A stretch of 63,669 bases of DNA, the filler included, from Pelomyxa schiedti (taxonomy: Eukaryota; Protista; Evosea): NCBI GenBank assembly GCA_020536535.1. It is 9 parts of 9 records of this genome, joined end to end, with 100 filler letters (N's around TTAATTAATTAA, not from the genome) between each part and the next. Parts side by side here need not be neighbours in the genome. Positions count along the whole stretch, not along the records: positions 8,120 to 22,447 come from JAHLWZ010000329.1; positions 22,548 to 27,517 come from JAHLWZ010001538.1; 7 more parts are not named here. One strand, given 5' to 3'. The notes below the pieces were generated by a model. That model did not search any database. It was not told the origin of the DNA and saw nothing but the letters and a program-made list of their open reading frames with translations. Shown one piece after another: positions 9,893-22,607 of the stretch (position 1 is its first letter; each line of letters opens with the position of its first letter). A program made the position numbers and the translations under genes.

Positions 9893-12800
9893 TCAGAACA
9901 GTGTAGGGATTTGTGCATAGACACAGTCTCCTTGTTTAAGTGACTTCACGTGTACATCACTTTGAATGAGGACTCGGGATTGGCCAGGCACGGGACTTGC
10001 TTTTTCCAACTGTTTGAATGTAAGTGAGGTTTAATGTGGATAGTTTTACCTTGGTTATCTGATGGGTAGTAGCACCCAATTCCTGCAGAATAGTGTTCTT
10101 GAGGGAAATAACTGTTGCCCAGTTGGGATTTATACTACACCGCATTTCTCCGGAGTTTGTTGTTCTGCCTTCAACAATAAAAGTAAGGCCAATTTCTCTA
10201 TCCACTGTGGTAATGTTAGAAAGAGGAGCGGTAAAGATAGAGAAGAAATACCGTAGGGTGTGGTTGGAGTGACTGCTTTCATAACTAAGGGGGAGTCTAT
10301 GACCCGGCCCGAAATAGATACGGGTACTGTCATTGGGGGTAGAACAAACGAACCTGGTGAGGGTAGAGGGTTTCCTTGTTGTTGTTGTAGGACCTGTGGT
10401 GGTGGGAAGAAATTAGCAGGTAGTGGCTGTGTGGTTTTTGATGGGGGACTTCTGGGTCTGGCTTGTGTGGGTGGATTGAAGGGAGGGGTTGGAGTATTAT
10501 TGAAGGGAGAGGGAGTTGGAGTATTATTGAAGGCAGTGGGGGCCGGGGTATTATTGAAGGAAACGGGGGGTGGCGAGGGGAGTGGGTTTTGGTGCGTGGG
10601 TGGTCTGGGTGTTATTTTTGGGGGCTGAGTGATTGGTGAGGGATATTGATGATAAAGAGGGGCTGAAGGAGTTGGCGGGGTGACGGGTGCTGGAGGTGCG
10701 GGAGGAAGTTCGGGGTCACTGCTCGGTGTCTCGTCTGTGAGGATATCAACTGCACTTTGTAGGTTATTGCGGGCCTTTTTAAGTCAGTAAAAAAAGGTAA
10801 ATAACCCAAAGTAATCTACGTGTTGAAGAGCAGCAAGAGATTTCTCCCCAGAAAAGCCCATAGCAGTTAGCTGTTGGAAATTGTGCAATCCCGATTCCTA
10901 CAGGTGTAAGTTCAGGGCAAGGTTTCAGTGGAGTACCAATAAAAAGTTTCTCTCAGGGGGAGCAAGAGCAGCTGGCGGCGGTGTTGGAAGAACAGGGGCG
11001 TTCATCAAGGCTTAAGTTGATCAGATGGAAATGAGTCAAAAGAGGGTGAGTTACCAAGAATCTTTTTTGCTTTTCTTTGAGCCATAGGACTGGCTTCTGA
11101 GGCACTTGTCGCATTCAAGATTGTGTGGAGCTTAGCTGTAAGGGTTGGCTCGATTTGTGTGGCCAAGGAAACGTCTGATAGCTGTGTTACAACACACGAA
11201 AAAAGCACAGTATCAACCTTCAGTGAGTATTGGGAGCAAGAGTGACATTGCTACATCAATCTTAGAGGCATAAGAGAGTACATATCGCAAGAAATTTGCA
11301 TTGGAAATGCAACGTAAAGCGGTTTTATCTGATAAATGATGAATGAAAGGAGTGCAATTAGACAAGGAAGTCAGATACTGATTCTAGGGCTAAGTGATGC
11401 AGCAACTTGTTTCATCTAAATTGAATAAGGGTTAACCTAACTAGGTGAAAGGGGAACCTCTTCGTGATTAAACAAAAACGGTGGCTGGAATCGGTATTTT
11501 ACTCTTAGGCCAGGTTGGCATGATCCAATGCATAAGTTTTGTAGCGAATTTGGACTTAATGTTCCTGGTTCAAACATCTCCCCAAGGTAATAGCCATCAA
11601 CTGTGAAATATATAGCCCCATTGCCAACAACACCAACTCCAATAGTGTGAGATACTCCAAGTTGTGGTGCGCATGCTTTCTTTAAAACGCCTTTGCCTAT
11701 TTTGTTGGTGTACACCTAGGTTGGTGGGTTAGATCGTTATTTCTTCTTTGGAGACCATGCCTTCCCATTGAGGCTATGAAGAGCATAGGACCTAGTGCAG
11801 TGTGAGATGCTGTTCATTATAAGTAAACTTACTCTGGGAATAGTCCAGGAAGAAAATTTTTTGGCTCTTTGGCCTGTGGTTTGCATACACCCACAGCAAA
11901 AGGTGTCCTGCACATGCTTAGAAGAGTAGGTTAATGTGGACAAACCTTGATATTTCGTCAAGGATAGTAACTTCGGCATAGAATTGTGTTGCCAGGTTCC
12001 TCTTGCTTTCAGAGAGAGTGAAAGAGCAAATCATCGCAGTGGCCATTGTATTTGCGGGTTGCTGTAGAGCCAATAAATGAGGTTGAAGTGAGACTGAGGC
12101 ATACACAAAACGTGATCTCCCGTAAAATCAAGGAATGGAAAAATGTCTGCATCACCTAAATAGAAATTAAAATGAAAGGCAAAAAACCACAAGAAAGTAC
12201 TTGGTTCATTGAAAGTTTGGGGGGAACAAAATCTACAGTCAGATATTCTAAAATTGAGGTAGGATGGGGTGATTGGGAATTAGAGAAGTATGTACCAAGA
12301 TTTGAAGGATTTGCGATGGCTGAACATTTTCTACGTTCGAAGCAATCACAATAACTTTGATGAATTTGTGGTTCATTCTTGACATGTGAATGTCCTTTAT
12401 GGCACCTGCGCGATATCAAAATTCAGTGAAAGCAACGTTCCTTACTGTCTTGAGCAAGCCAGGCAGACACATAAGTTGTCTGCTTTGAAGCATTGACGAC
12501 AACAATAGGAAAACTTTGCGTTAAACATCTTTCCAGTAACAAAAAATGAGCACAAATTTCCAGCGGACGCCGCTTTTTCCAGTTGTTCAGCTAACACTAA
12601 GTTAGTCTGTGTTCGGGAAAATCGAGAACGTACTGGACTCAACCAAGCCGTATACACAAGATAGAAATTCATTACTTTTCTCCGGTGCATTCTTCAAAGT
12701 ATCCATCAACATTAAACGGTTGATGATGCCAGAGAAGAGATTAGCATTAGATTCGTTAACAAGAAGACTGCCATCTATGTTACTTTAGAAGGTCCCCAGA

Positions 12801-15092
12801 TGTAAGTTGAAACTTACCGATTTTTGAGCAGCAAAAAGAACGGAAGTTGTCATATATCACTCCTGGATCAAGTTTTTGGATTGTAGTCAAGAAATTCGCC
12901 AGAATATAATCATCTAGAGAAATGAGTGCTGGTATTGTATTTGATAGATACCATGAACTATGGGTAAATGTGCATAAATAGTAACAGCTGACTGAAGATC
13001 GGAAGGTGAATTCATTTCAAACCAGCTTCCAAGTAGTGGTTCCAATCCTTGCTCCTCCACATATCTGTATCCAACGGAGTCTAAATGAAAAATAAGTTCT
13101 GGAAACTAATGTACCAAACGTACCAAGGACCAAGACGGAGAAAAAGCCGGCAATTAAATCCGCCATAGCTTGCACTACGATGGAGGACTCCCGAAAGCAG
13201 GTCATTAGCTTCTTGATTCCACCGCCTGAACGTAACTGGAAAATTGTTTCTCGTGAATGATCTTCGGAGAGGGAGGGATTAGCTAGGTGAAGATGCAAAA
13301 CGGAGAGTACATGTTTGAAGCAGTGTTCCAAGCAGAGTAACTACCTCCGGAGCTGCTACAAGAGTGAGAAGAGCCTTTATTTGGAGTGAATGGCCGAGAT
13401 CACAAGAATGGGGCTACCTGGGGGTTTGTGGGATCCAATAGCTTTTGATTGAGCTCATCAAAAGCTGAACATAGTAGTTCAACGCCCGATACACTCAATA
13501 TACACTTCCTCACATCTAAATAAGTGAGCCATTATTCGAAAAGGAATCTCGGTACCTGAAATTTTGCTGTGTCTCCGTAGGTATTGTATGCCTCGACTCC
13601 GGAAAAGTGGGTTTTCACTTTGTAGAGAAGATATGAAAGCTAGCAGGAAGCTTCTGGTTGGAGGGATGGGTACTAAAGTGGGGTGAGTGAAGGTAACTGA
13701 AGACTTGTTATAGACTTACCATCGTCCACATTGAATTTGTCTGCTGTAATAGCAGCCCATCCCTTTACAATATCTTCTTGCTGAAGTTTTGCTGCTGTTG
13801 GTCGATTTGCTGGGTCTATCTGCAGCATCATAGAAACAATCACTTGAACAGATTTATCCTGCAGTGGTTAACAAGCCTGAAAGGAGGTTCAAAAATCACT
13901 TTAATTGTCTGGAAGAAATCAGTAGAAGCCCTGAGATTCAAAAAAATGTCCTTTGGGAAGTAAGAATCGGGTTTGGAAAGAAGCAGGTGTGAACCTTTGT
14001 CGGAATGCCTGTTGCCACTTCATACAAAATGCAACCAAGAGACCAAATGTCACATTTTGCGTCATACCTTGTTGGGGATGTCAATTACACCTAAATTGCA
14101 CAAGTGGAAAGTACATCTTCCCAGACAACACCTCTGGGGCCATGTAGCAGATAGTTCCGCAGATGGTTCGCCCCATTTGGCCCTCAGCAACAATTTTGGA
14201 TACACCAAAATCAGCTAGAGAAAAGAGTTCAGATATTACAAAACAAAAAAACTAAGTTACAAATTTTGACAAATCCTTGCTTGCTAATTAAGATGTTCGC
14301 AGGTTTGAGATCCCTATGCAAAAGGTTTTGTTTCTTTGTGAATGTGAGATTGAAAACTGAAACATTGCGGGAAACCTGAAAATAAACCAGTGCATCCAGA
14401 AGGCAAATAAACCACTCCATCACAATCTAGCCAACGTTAGGTTTCAAAAAATAGTTTATGAAGACAAAGAACTATACCTCAAGTTTGGGTTTTTCCCCAA
14501 CAGAACGTTGGAGATACGTTTCCAAGTCTGTTCCCTCGACCAATTCCATAACAATACATAGTGCATAACTGCCAGTTGTTGGATCGTGCAGTGTGAAACA
14601 GTCATTCAGTTGGACAACGTTAGGGTGACGAAGGGCCTTCATTGTCTGAGTCTGAAATGATAAAACAGATATGGCATTAGTGAGAATAGTAACAGCCAGG
14701 GAGCTCGAAACCTCAACCAAGCTTCTGTCATGGACCGCTTTGGACTCACAGTAAATTTGTTTCAATGCCCATTTCTTTCCTGCTGGGTCCGTGACCTTAA
14801 AAACTTCCCCAAAAGCACCTGGAAGAAAATAAGCAACTCAAAAAAAAAAAAAAACTAAACTCCACAAATTGTCCAAGCATCTCTCTTCTTTATTCAACAA
14901 AACAAAAAAAAAAACAAGGAAAATGTGGCACAATAATCAAGTCAAACGAATACCTTTGCCCAGTGACGATTGGACCTTATACACCACCGGTGGGTCAACG
15001 CTCGTATTTTTGATTTCCTTGATTGGCGAATTGAACGCCGGCCTCTCAACTGCCACAACCGGCGCCGCAGCTTTCCCCTGCCCTCCTCCCAT
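9893..15092 (-). CDS. Multi-exon Ser/Thr kinase (NEK-like) with UBR-type Zn finger, SPRY, UBA, Pro-rich and C-terminal ubiquitin-like regions
   Basis: ATG 15092 MGGGQGK; LGKG/AFGEV, ALKQI, HPNVVQL, HRDLKPANILI, DFG, YMAPEV, DIWSLGCILYE; CSF..TG..F....YCCRQC...CVCLAC..CHKGH..SYCDC; FYAEVTI..TIGVGV..IYFTVDG; QLTAMGFSGEKSLAALQ. Exon boundaries inferred. Confidence 0.75.
10485..10562. repeat. 27-bp coding tandem repeat (3 copies, FNNTP-type peptide on the minus strand)
   Basis: GTATTATTGAAGG recurs at about 27-nt spacing. Confidence 0.7.
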
Positions 15093-15302
15093 TATTGTTG
15101 GTTATGTACCGGCTTTTCCTCAACACGCTCTGCGGTTTTGGTTTTTTTTTTCCTTGGCGGTGGTACACGGTATCGTACTCTTTTTGCGTGCAAACGCTTT
15201 TTTTTTTGGTTTTTTTTTGGTTTCAACAACCACTTTTTTTTGAAGTCGTTAATGTCCAAGTTGGGGTGATACCAACGTGATGGTGATCAATCTTAGATCG
15301 GA

Positions 15303-16963
15303 TTAGAACCACCCATGTTCGCGAACCAGCCTGTGGGTTTTGGTTAGATTAGTGAGATAGTTTGTATTTTTAGTTAGTATGGAGTGAGTGTGAGTGGTTT
15401 CGTTTGTCTTAGTGGTGGCGATTGGCTGTACCTGTCAAATGCATCCTTTGCCTCGCGTTCGGTGTAGTCGGTGCGGTTGTGTGTATCAAGGCGGGCTCCG
15501 CCCTCAAGGAAAGAGCTGCGGATGGACATACATACTGCCTCGATAGTGTTCTCTGGGGTACCGGAGGTACAATACAGAGAGAGTGATTTAGAAGCGGAGT
15601 TAGTAGTAGTTTGATGGAGTTAGGGGTCAAACCTGGGGACCAGCCTTTGTTAGTAAGAAGCTCCATGCAAATGCTGCCGCCGACAGTCACGTGTCCCGTT
15701 CGGAATTGAAATCCTGTGTAATGTTTTTGTTTGTAACCACTTTGGAAGGGGAACACACTTGGACGGATGATTCTGCAAAATGGTGGGGTCATGGGGTATG
15801 TTGAAGGAAAAGCAACGTGCATTGTGATGTGTTTCTAATAGGGTTGTTCTGAGTAAATCCAAATTTGGGAATAGGAAATACCACACGCATGGTAGCCATG
15901 TCCCGAGCTATTGGTTCTGTCTTGTCAAAATTGAAGAATTTGATCTCCCACAAATACAAGTTATCATCCACTACTTCTGCACTGTATCCCTAGAGCCAGT
16001 GTTTCCAAAAGGAATAATAGTTTTACGTACACACATTTTTTTCCGGATTACTGGCCATGATATATCGCAATTCATCCATTATCCGTTGAGAGGCACGCTT
16101 TGATGACTGGGTTGGTCTAGCGTTTGCAGCGCGTTTTGGCATCAAGTCCTAAGACTTTTTTAAATTTCTACAACATGGGATAAATAATAACCACCTTCAT
16201 ATCTCGAACGGAGAGTTGCTTGTTGCAGCTCGGTAATGGGCACACATACTGAACACTAGTCATCAATTTGTCTTCCACGTAACGTAGAATGCAAGCTTTA
16301 CAGAAACGGTGAGAGCACTCCTGTAATGATGTTAGAATAAGATTGGAACATCATTAAATGATTTAAATCACGCACGTACATCAAGGATGTAAATGTCATC
16401 AAAAGGTTTCGAGGTGTTACATAGTGGGCACAAAGATCCAGAACCGCGCCCACTGCCTCCAGTGCCGCTGCTCCTGTGACTTTCTTCTTCTTGCTCTTGC
16501 AGCAGTCTCGCCAGGGCCTCATCCTCTGATATCTGACTAGGAACCTGCGACTTTTAAGTATCACCGCACCGCAGCCGCGCACAAATATCCAAAGTGTGTG
16601 GGCATAAAGTCATACACACCCCTGTCGGAGGAGGAGTGTTGTAATGACTGCGTTTCGGCGAAGGAGGAACAACAGCAGTAACAGCCGGGGGAGTCGTGTT
16701 GACGGTGCCGCCACCAGACCCTCCTGCATCCCCTCCCACTCCCCCGCCTCCACTCATTGCATCCAAGCATATATTCACGTGCCTCTCTTTAAAGAAAAAA
16801 AAAAAACCGTGGTCGCGTTAGAACTACTAAAAACCAACAAACGCAAATCGATTTGCGATGACAACAAGAGACAGAAAAGTACAGGAAAACCACACATACC
16901 GAGAGCATCTCCGCCACCGGGTACCGTCGCTCCGCACACTGGACACGTAGATGCCGCACTCAT
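15303..16963 (-). CDS. UBE2Q-like ubiquitin-conjugating enzyme with N-terminal UBZ, UIM-like and RING-HC domains (multi-exon)
   Basis: CPVC..RHVNICLD; DEALARLLQEQE; CPLC..ECSHRFCKAC..VCPLPSC; RIMDELR, NLYLWEIKF, YPMTPPFCRII, GHVTVGGSICMELLTNKGWSP, EAKDAFDRLVREHGWF*. Confidence 0.85.
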
Positions 16964-18769
16964 CAATACAATCTTGTTAACTGTTCAAAGAAAAAGACAG
17001 TTTGATTGCTGTTGAGTTGGGGTAGACAACTCCCAACAACACTCGAATAGAACCCACTCTTGATTCTCATGAATTCCGAGCATTCGGTGTCAAGGTACAA
17101 CTCAAAAAGATGAGAATAAGTTTGATCAGGTGGCTTTTCTCTTCTTGTGGAAACTGAGAAAAGCAAGCAGAGTGTCAGTCACTGCATCAGTGATTGCATA
17201 CTTCGTAAAACCCTCTCCACATATCCACACGAAAAACCCGCCAGAAGTGGCCTGCATGATATTCATCAAACTGCCGTCTTGCACTCCTGGGACTCCCTTC
17301 CTGTAAGGAACCACTATGCAGGGCCTTTTGAGCCGGCTTATCCGGAATACGTTGAACTCAATCCCGTTTTGTTAACTCGCTAAAGAACGTATGATAGTGT
17401 CCTTAAGGGGTTCTGTTATTCTCCTAACTTTACATTATTCCTTGGTTCCTGAGCCTGGGTGATGGTGACGTAACATCTACTGTGGCTTGGTAGATATCCT
17501 CCCCAGGATCTCTCTCACAGCTCTTGAGGGATATAACACACTCCCGCCTCATCTTACATGCTTGGTGGTATGCTCTCCTAGGCACTTGCGTTCAATCGGG
17601 ATGATATTCCCATTGGGGCCTTCCCTGCATGATGCACCATCGTCGGCATCAAGCCTTGTGTTCTCTGACGCCAGACATCTGGTGCAGTAGTTCTCCTCCT
17701 ACTGCCATGTGCCTCATCCCTTCTCCTCCACCTCTTTCCCAGTGGGGCCTGGTCCAGTCGGTCTTTGTACTCCACCCTTTCCCTTCCACTTAATCAGGTA
17801 CAATCTTTTCCACCCTACTCACATGTGCGCGGTATGTCCTTGGTACTCAGTTGTGCTGACTGCTAGCATGGGGCTCTTCCCCATTGTTTCTGTGGTTCTG
17901 GTTGTTGTAACTACATGCTCAGAATTGCAATCCCGCAAGTAACAGTATGTAACCTGATGTATTCTTTCCTGTCATTGTAGGTCGCCTCGTTACTGTATCA
18001 GTGCGATGCCAGCAGTCAATTGCCACTGTTCACAGACTCAGCCGGCGAACGTAACCCCATAGAGGCCCAGTGTTGGTCGCGCTATCACCTCGTGCAGGCC
18101 CTTGTGCCAGTCGGTGAGACATCTGACCCTTAGGCGTCGTCATTGTGCTTTCCACTTCCCCCACCAGTTTACAGGTCCCTGATCCTCCACTTCCCAGCAC
18201 TGGCCCCCACTCCCAATTCAGAAATGTATTTCACCATAGCTGCACTTCATTCTGTCTGCCACTGCAGGTGGCCTTCTACACCTCGCAGTCTCTGCCTGGT
18301 TGGAATCTTGCTGGATCCTCAAATCAGGCCTTCCTCCCCTTTGGAGCTCCTCATGATGCACCCTGATCCCCCCCACTGCCCTTCGTTGCACTTGTGATCC
18401 CACAGCAACCTTCAGGATCTTCAAGCCAGTCGGCCAGAGTCAGTACAACCGGGACGGAGCGGAACGGGCCGGCATGGATCGGCATAGCCGAGTGGTGTAC
18501 TGGTGCTGGTCGGCCTCGGGGGTGAATCGGAATGGAGTGGTGCAAGTCCGGTGTGAATCGGTGGTGAATCGGCATGAGCGGAATCGGTGTGTTGCATGAT
18601 TTTCGGTATCAGCCAAGTCAAGGGTGCCTGCCCATTCTTTTCAGGTCTGCCCGATTATCCTTGTGTTGGTGGGCATCTTCCTCACTGCTGTGCATATTGT
18701 TGCCCCTGTGGTAGTTCACTGTCTGCTGCATGCTGTCGTCCTGCAGTGCCTCCCCTTTCTGTTACGGCA

Positions 18770-19400
18770 ATTTCCTGCCTCCTGCTATTGAGGCACTTTT
18801 CCTTCTGCCTCCTCCTTCTATCGAGGGGCAGTGTCCTCATCCTGCCATCTCCTCCTTCTGCTTTCCCCTTCTTTCGAGAAGCAGTGTCCTCATCCTGCCA
18901 TCTCCTCCTTCTTTCGAGGGGCTGTCAAGGAGCAGATTCCTTCCTCCCACCTCTCCAGCTGTGCCTCCTCCTTATATCAAGGAGTGATGTGTGTGTCCAC
19001 CTCCTTCTATCAATCAAGGAGCCACATTCCATCCCCCTTCTATCGAGGATCAGCTTCCTCCTACTTCCTCTTTCAACAAAGAGCAATGTCCTTATCCTGG
19101 TTCCTCCTTCTATCAAGGATCAGTTTTCTCCTCCCACCTCCCCCTTCTATCAGGGAGTACTATCCTTGTCCTCCTCCTCCTTCTTCGATAATCAATGTCT
19201 GAATCCCCCTCCTCCTTCTATCGAGGAGCCGCCTTCCATCCTCCTTCTATCGAGGATTGGTTTCTTCAATCAGTTCCCTCCTGCTTCCTCCTTCTATCGA
19301 GGGCAGTATCCTCCTCCACTTCTGTCAAGGAGCAAAACCCTTGTCTGGCCTCCTCCTTCTTTCAAGGAGCCAGCACCTCCTGCAATCATCGTTTTTCCAT
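18770..19400. repeat. Degenerate pyrimidine-rich minisatellite (core CCTCCTTCTATCGAGG)
   Basis: About 15-20 diverged recurrences of CTTCT(A/T)TC(G/A)AGG; further copies near 19780-19835. Confidence 0.7.
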
Positions 19401-20889
19401 CGGCCACAGGCCTGGCCCCTTCTCTCCTGGTGCGGTCATGTCCGGAAGACCAATCCATCTTCCGCCTGGGCTACCACACATTGCCCAGGTTGTACGGTGT
19501 GGTGTTGAGGCAAATCCTCTTGTGTTTGTGTGTTTTCGGCGTTAAAAGGCAGGGGCCATTTTTCATCCCCTGTGCACGTATTCTAAGGTGGGAACAATCC
19601 TTCCCAAGGGTTAAAACTGGCGAACTTATTCCAGCCAGGTATTAGACAGAGAGATTATTATTAGTGACATCACACAATGTATACCTCTGGCAGGTTCCAA
19701 GCAAAAACCCCCAGGTTTGCAGTTCAAACAGGTGTATATTGACTCATTTCACTCGTTCTTGTGGATTACTTTTCTGCCAATCCTCCTTCTATCGAGGAGC
19801 AGTTTTCTCATCTAGCCTCCTACTTCTATCAAGGGCCTGGACTCTCCTTTGGGTGATGCCAAATAGTCTATGGTGCCACACTTGCCATCCCACCATCACC
19901 TCACTCCATAAGCAGCATCTTCTCCGCTCCTTTGGTATTTGCTTCCCATGGTGCTGTGCCTACTGCTCTTGGTTCCTGTGCTGTTGAACAGGTTTATATC
20001 AGCACCCTTACTCATCAGTTGCACCTCAGGTGTTCCTGTGGCCGCTGTTTGTATCCTTACCAACCTGTCACCCTCACTTCTGCTCTCCCCGTGGTGTTCC
20101 CATTGCACCGCTGCTCACCCGCTGCTCACACCTCCAGTCCACCCTCCTGGCTGCTAGCCAAGTGCTGTAGTACACTGGTTGAAAATCAGTGGTCCTCAGT
20201 GTTGTACTTCTTTGTTCACAGTTGCTCAGTGTTTGTATGCCATGTCCTGCAGAGTTGCCAACTTCTCCTTGTACCTCTCACCTTATGTGTGTGATATGGT
20301 GATGTCCAGTTCTATCCCAACACTCTCCTGAGAGTTCCTCGTCACCTCCTTCCCTCCTTCTGAACCAGCCCAGAGTGCTGTTCATTGGCCAAACTTTGGC
20401 TGTGTTCTCCTCTCATTCCTTGTCCATTCCACTGGGCCCGCCAACACTGGTGTGCTTCAGTTTCAGTGAATGTGGTACCAACAATTTCTGACTCGACCCA
20501 TCTCCATTGGTGAGACACTTCCGATTTTTACTGGCCCATGATTCCGATTGCTTACTGAACTGTCCCCAGCTGAGTAGAGACACCATTGTCATATCACCTC
20601 CTTATCGCCTTCTCAGGTTCCAGCCATCTCTGGTTGCCTTGTGTCCTGCTTGGCGGAATCTAAGTCTGTCGATCGGAGCAGACCTCCTGTTGCCAGTGAG
20701 CTACCTGGCCCTGCCTTGCTGTCTAGGTCAACAGTCTCTGGAGTCTTCTGGCGGCTGCCATCTTCAAATGTGCTCCCTTGAGAGCCACTCAGTTGATCCT
20801 GCTGTGCTGTGTCCACTATAGTATTTGCTGGCACTGCACCACTCGAGGACAACATCGCTACGTGTTTGTCCATACTGACGAGGGGATGA

Positions 20890-21896
20890 TCATACGTTCT
20901 TTAGCAACTCCCCTTTGACGTGGCAAGTTTGGTTCGTAGTGGTGTTGTGGATGTCGATTGAGGTGCCTGGCAATACTGAAACAACGCAGATGGGATCACC
21001 ACCAAACACTTCACTGTAGTGTTTCAGGTGACGTGGGAGACGAACGGGAGGCTTCTTGAACACAACAGCTCTGTGGTTGAAGCTCTCTTTCAGGTCAACT
21101 TGCCACAGGAAGTACCTTCGGTGTTGGCAATCCTGGTTCGGTTGGTTTGATTTCCCTACAACCAGGAGCATTACATCTGGATCATTGCCGTGGAATTTAC
21201 AGGCAACTGGGGACCTGTCCAGCCTGGTCTCTTCCCGGCACTCCTCAGTGAACAAATTTCCGCAGTCAGCATCATTATTGCCACCCCAGAGCCTCCACAT
21301 GATGAGGGAAACCGAATCAACCACCACAAGCCACCTGCTGTTGCACTTCACCCACGGACGCACCGACCTTGACACGCGAGTGCCATCACCAGGGATCAAG
21401 TTCCTGACCACCGATCCTTGCCGTCCATGATGTCCAGCAGTGTCATTCCATGTTCATCCGACCTCATCAGAAGCCCAACGTCGCAGCACCCTCTTCTCCC
21501 GCCGCCATCTCCACCACTGCACGCCGCCGCTCCTTCTTCTGGTTGTATCCTCCTCGCCGTCTCTCGTGACCCAATGCAACCATCCACATTGAAGGGGCCG
21601 CGGAAAGTGGCGAACTGCACCGACCTCACAACGCCGAGCGTCGGCGAAACGCACATCCACATGTGCATGAACACCCCAGTCTTCAAGAAGGCGCTGAACA
21701 CTACTTCCCTGCAGCCGCACACGACCCACTCCCTGCCAAACCGCGCGACCATCGATGGCGACGCGGCGAGTATCGCGGCTTGCGACGAGGCGCGGGTCCT
21801 GCGGACAACAGATCCACATGCAAACGCAACGAACTGGTCCACGGCCGACAGGACGACGACGAGTGTCACGCCTGGAATAATCGATAACGGTGGCGG

Positions 21897-21930
<34 letters not shown>

Positions 21931-22016
21931 GGGGGTGGTTGTTGTTGCTGTTGTGCGTTGGGAGAGGAGGGAGCTTTGTGATTGGCCGCTGCCTTTTCGC
22001 TCTGACCGTTGCCCAT
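20890..22016 (-). pseudogene. Dispersed 'SPTLGVV'-family member, frameshifted
   Basis: MGNGQS, polyQ, AVDQFVAFACG..SPSMVARFGREWV, CVSPTLGVV; homology continues in another frame at about 21400-21411 (KCNSRWLVV); 3' end uncertain. Confidence 0.65.
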
Positions 22017-22042
22017 GAAATGTTGGTTGAAGCAAAGTTCCG

Positions 22043-22263
22043 TATTAGCGAGGTTACCTAAATTTCCGATAGAAAAGCTAATCCCTGTCCCCCGTTTGGC
22101 ACCACTCCCCTGCTCCGTTCCTTTTTAAACCCCTGTTTCCCCAGATCTATGTTGCGCTTTAACGTTAAATAAAACTCGTGTCTACGAAGGCACGCAAATC
22201 TCTTTACTCTATTAGACAGCGGCTCTGGCATTGCTAAATTCTATTCAATGCCGGAGTGTCACA
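22043..22263 (+). mobile_element. Solo LTR-like element related to the LTR at 23921-24163
   Basis: Collinear shared blocks GAGGT.A.CTAAAT, GATAGAAA, CACCA.TCCCCTGC, TAAACCCC, AGATCTATGT, TCGTGTCT, AGGCACG, GGAGTG.CACA; ends in CA; no gag follows. Confidence 0.6.
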
Positions 22264-22607
22264 TCTTTTTTTTTTTTTTGGTTAAACTGGTGAGTTACAA
22301 TAATCTAAGGGATGATGCCTGAATCCATCATCCCCTAGGAAAAGAAAAAAGTTGATGCCACCACTTGTTCCAGACATTTCATCCAAAAATTGATCATTCA
22401 GAGTGACGAGGTGTTGACACCACATGGTGCAGCCAGTCCACAATTTCNNNNNNNNNNNNNNNNNNNNNNNNNNNNNNNNNNNNNNNNNNNNTTAATTAAT
22501 TAANNNNNNNNNNNNNNNNNNNNNNNNNNNNNNNNNNNNNNNNNNNNATGTCCAACGTTCAAAGAATAAAGAGCTCCTTACTGTAGAAAGAATTCTGTTA
22601 ATTCCTC

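Noticed and set aside
18587-19645. 352-aa ORF
   Set aside because: Reads through a low-complexity minisatellite and has no recognisable motif
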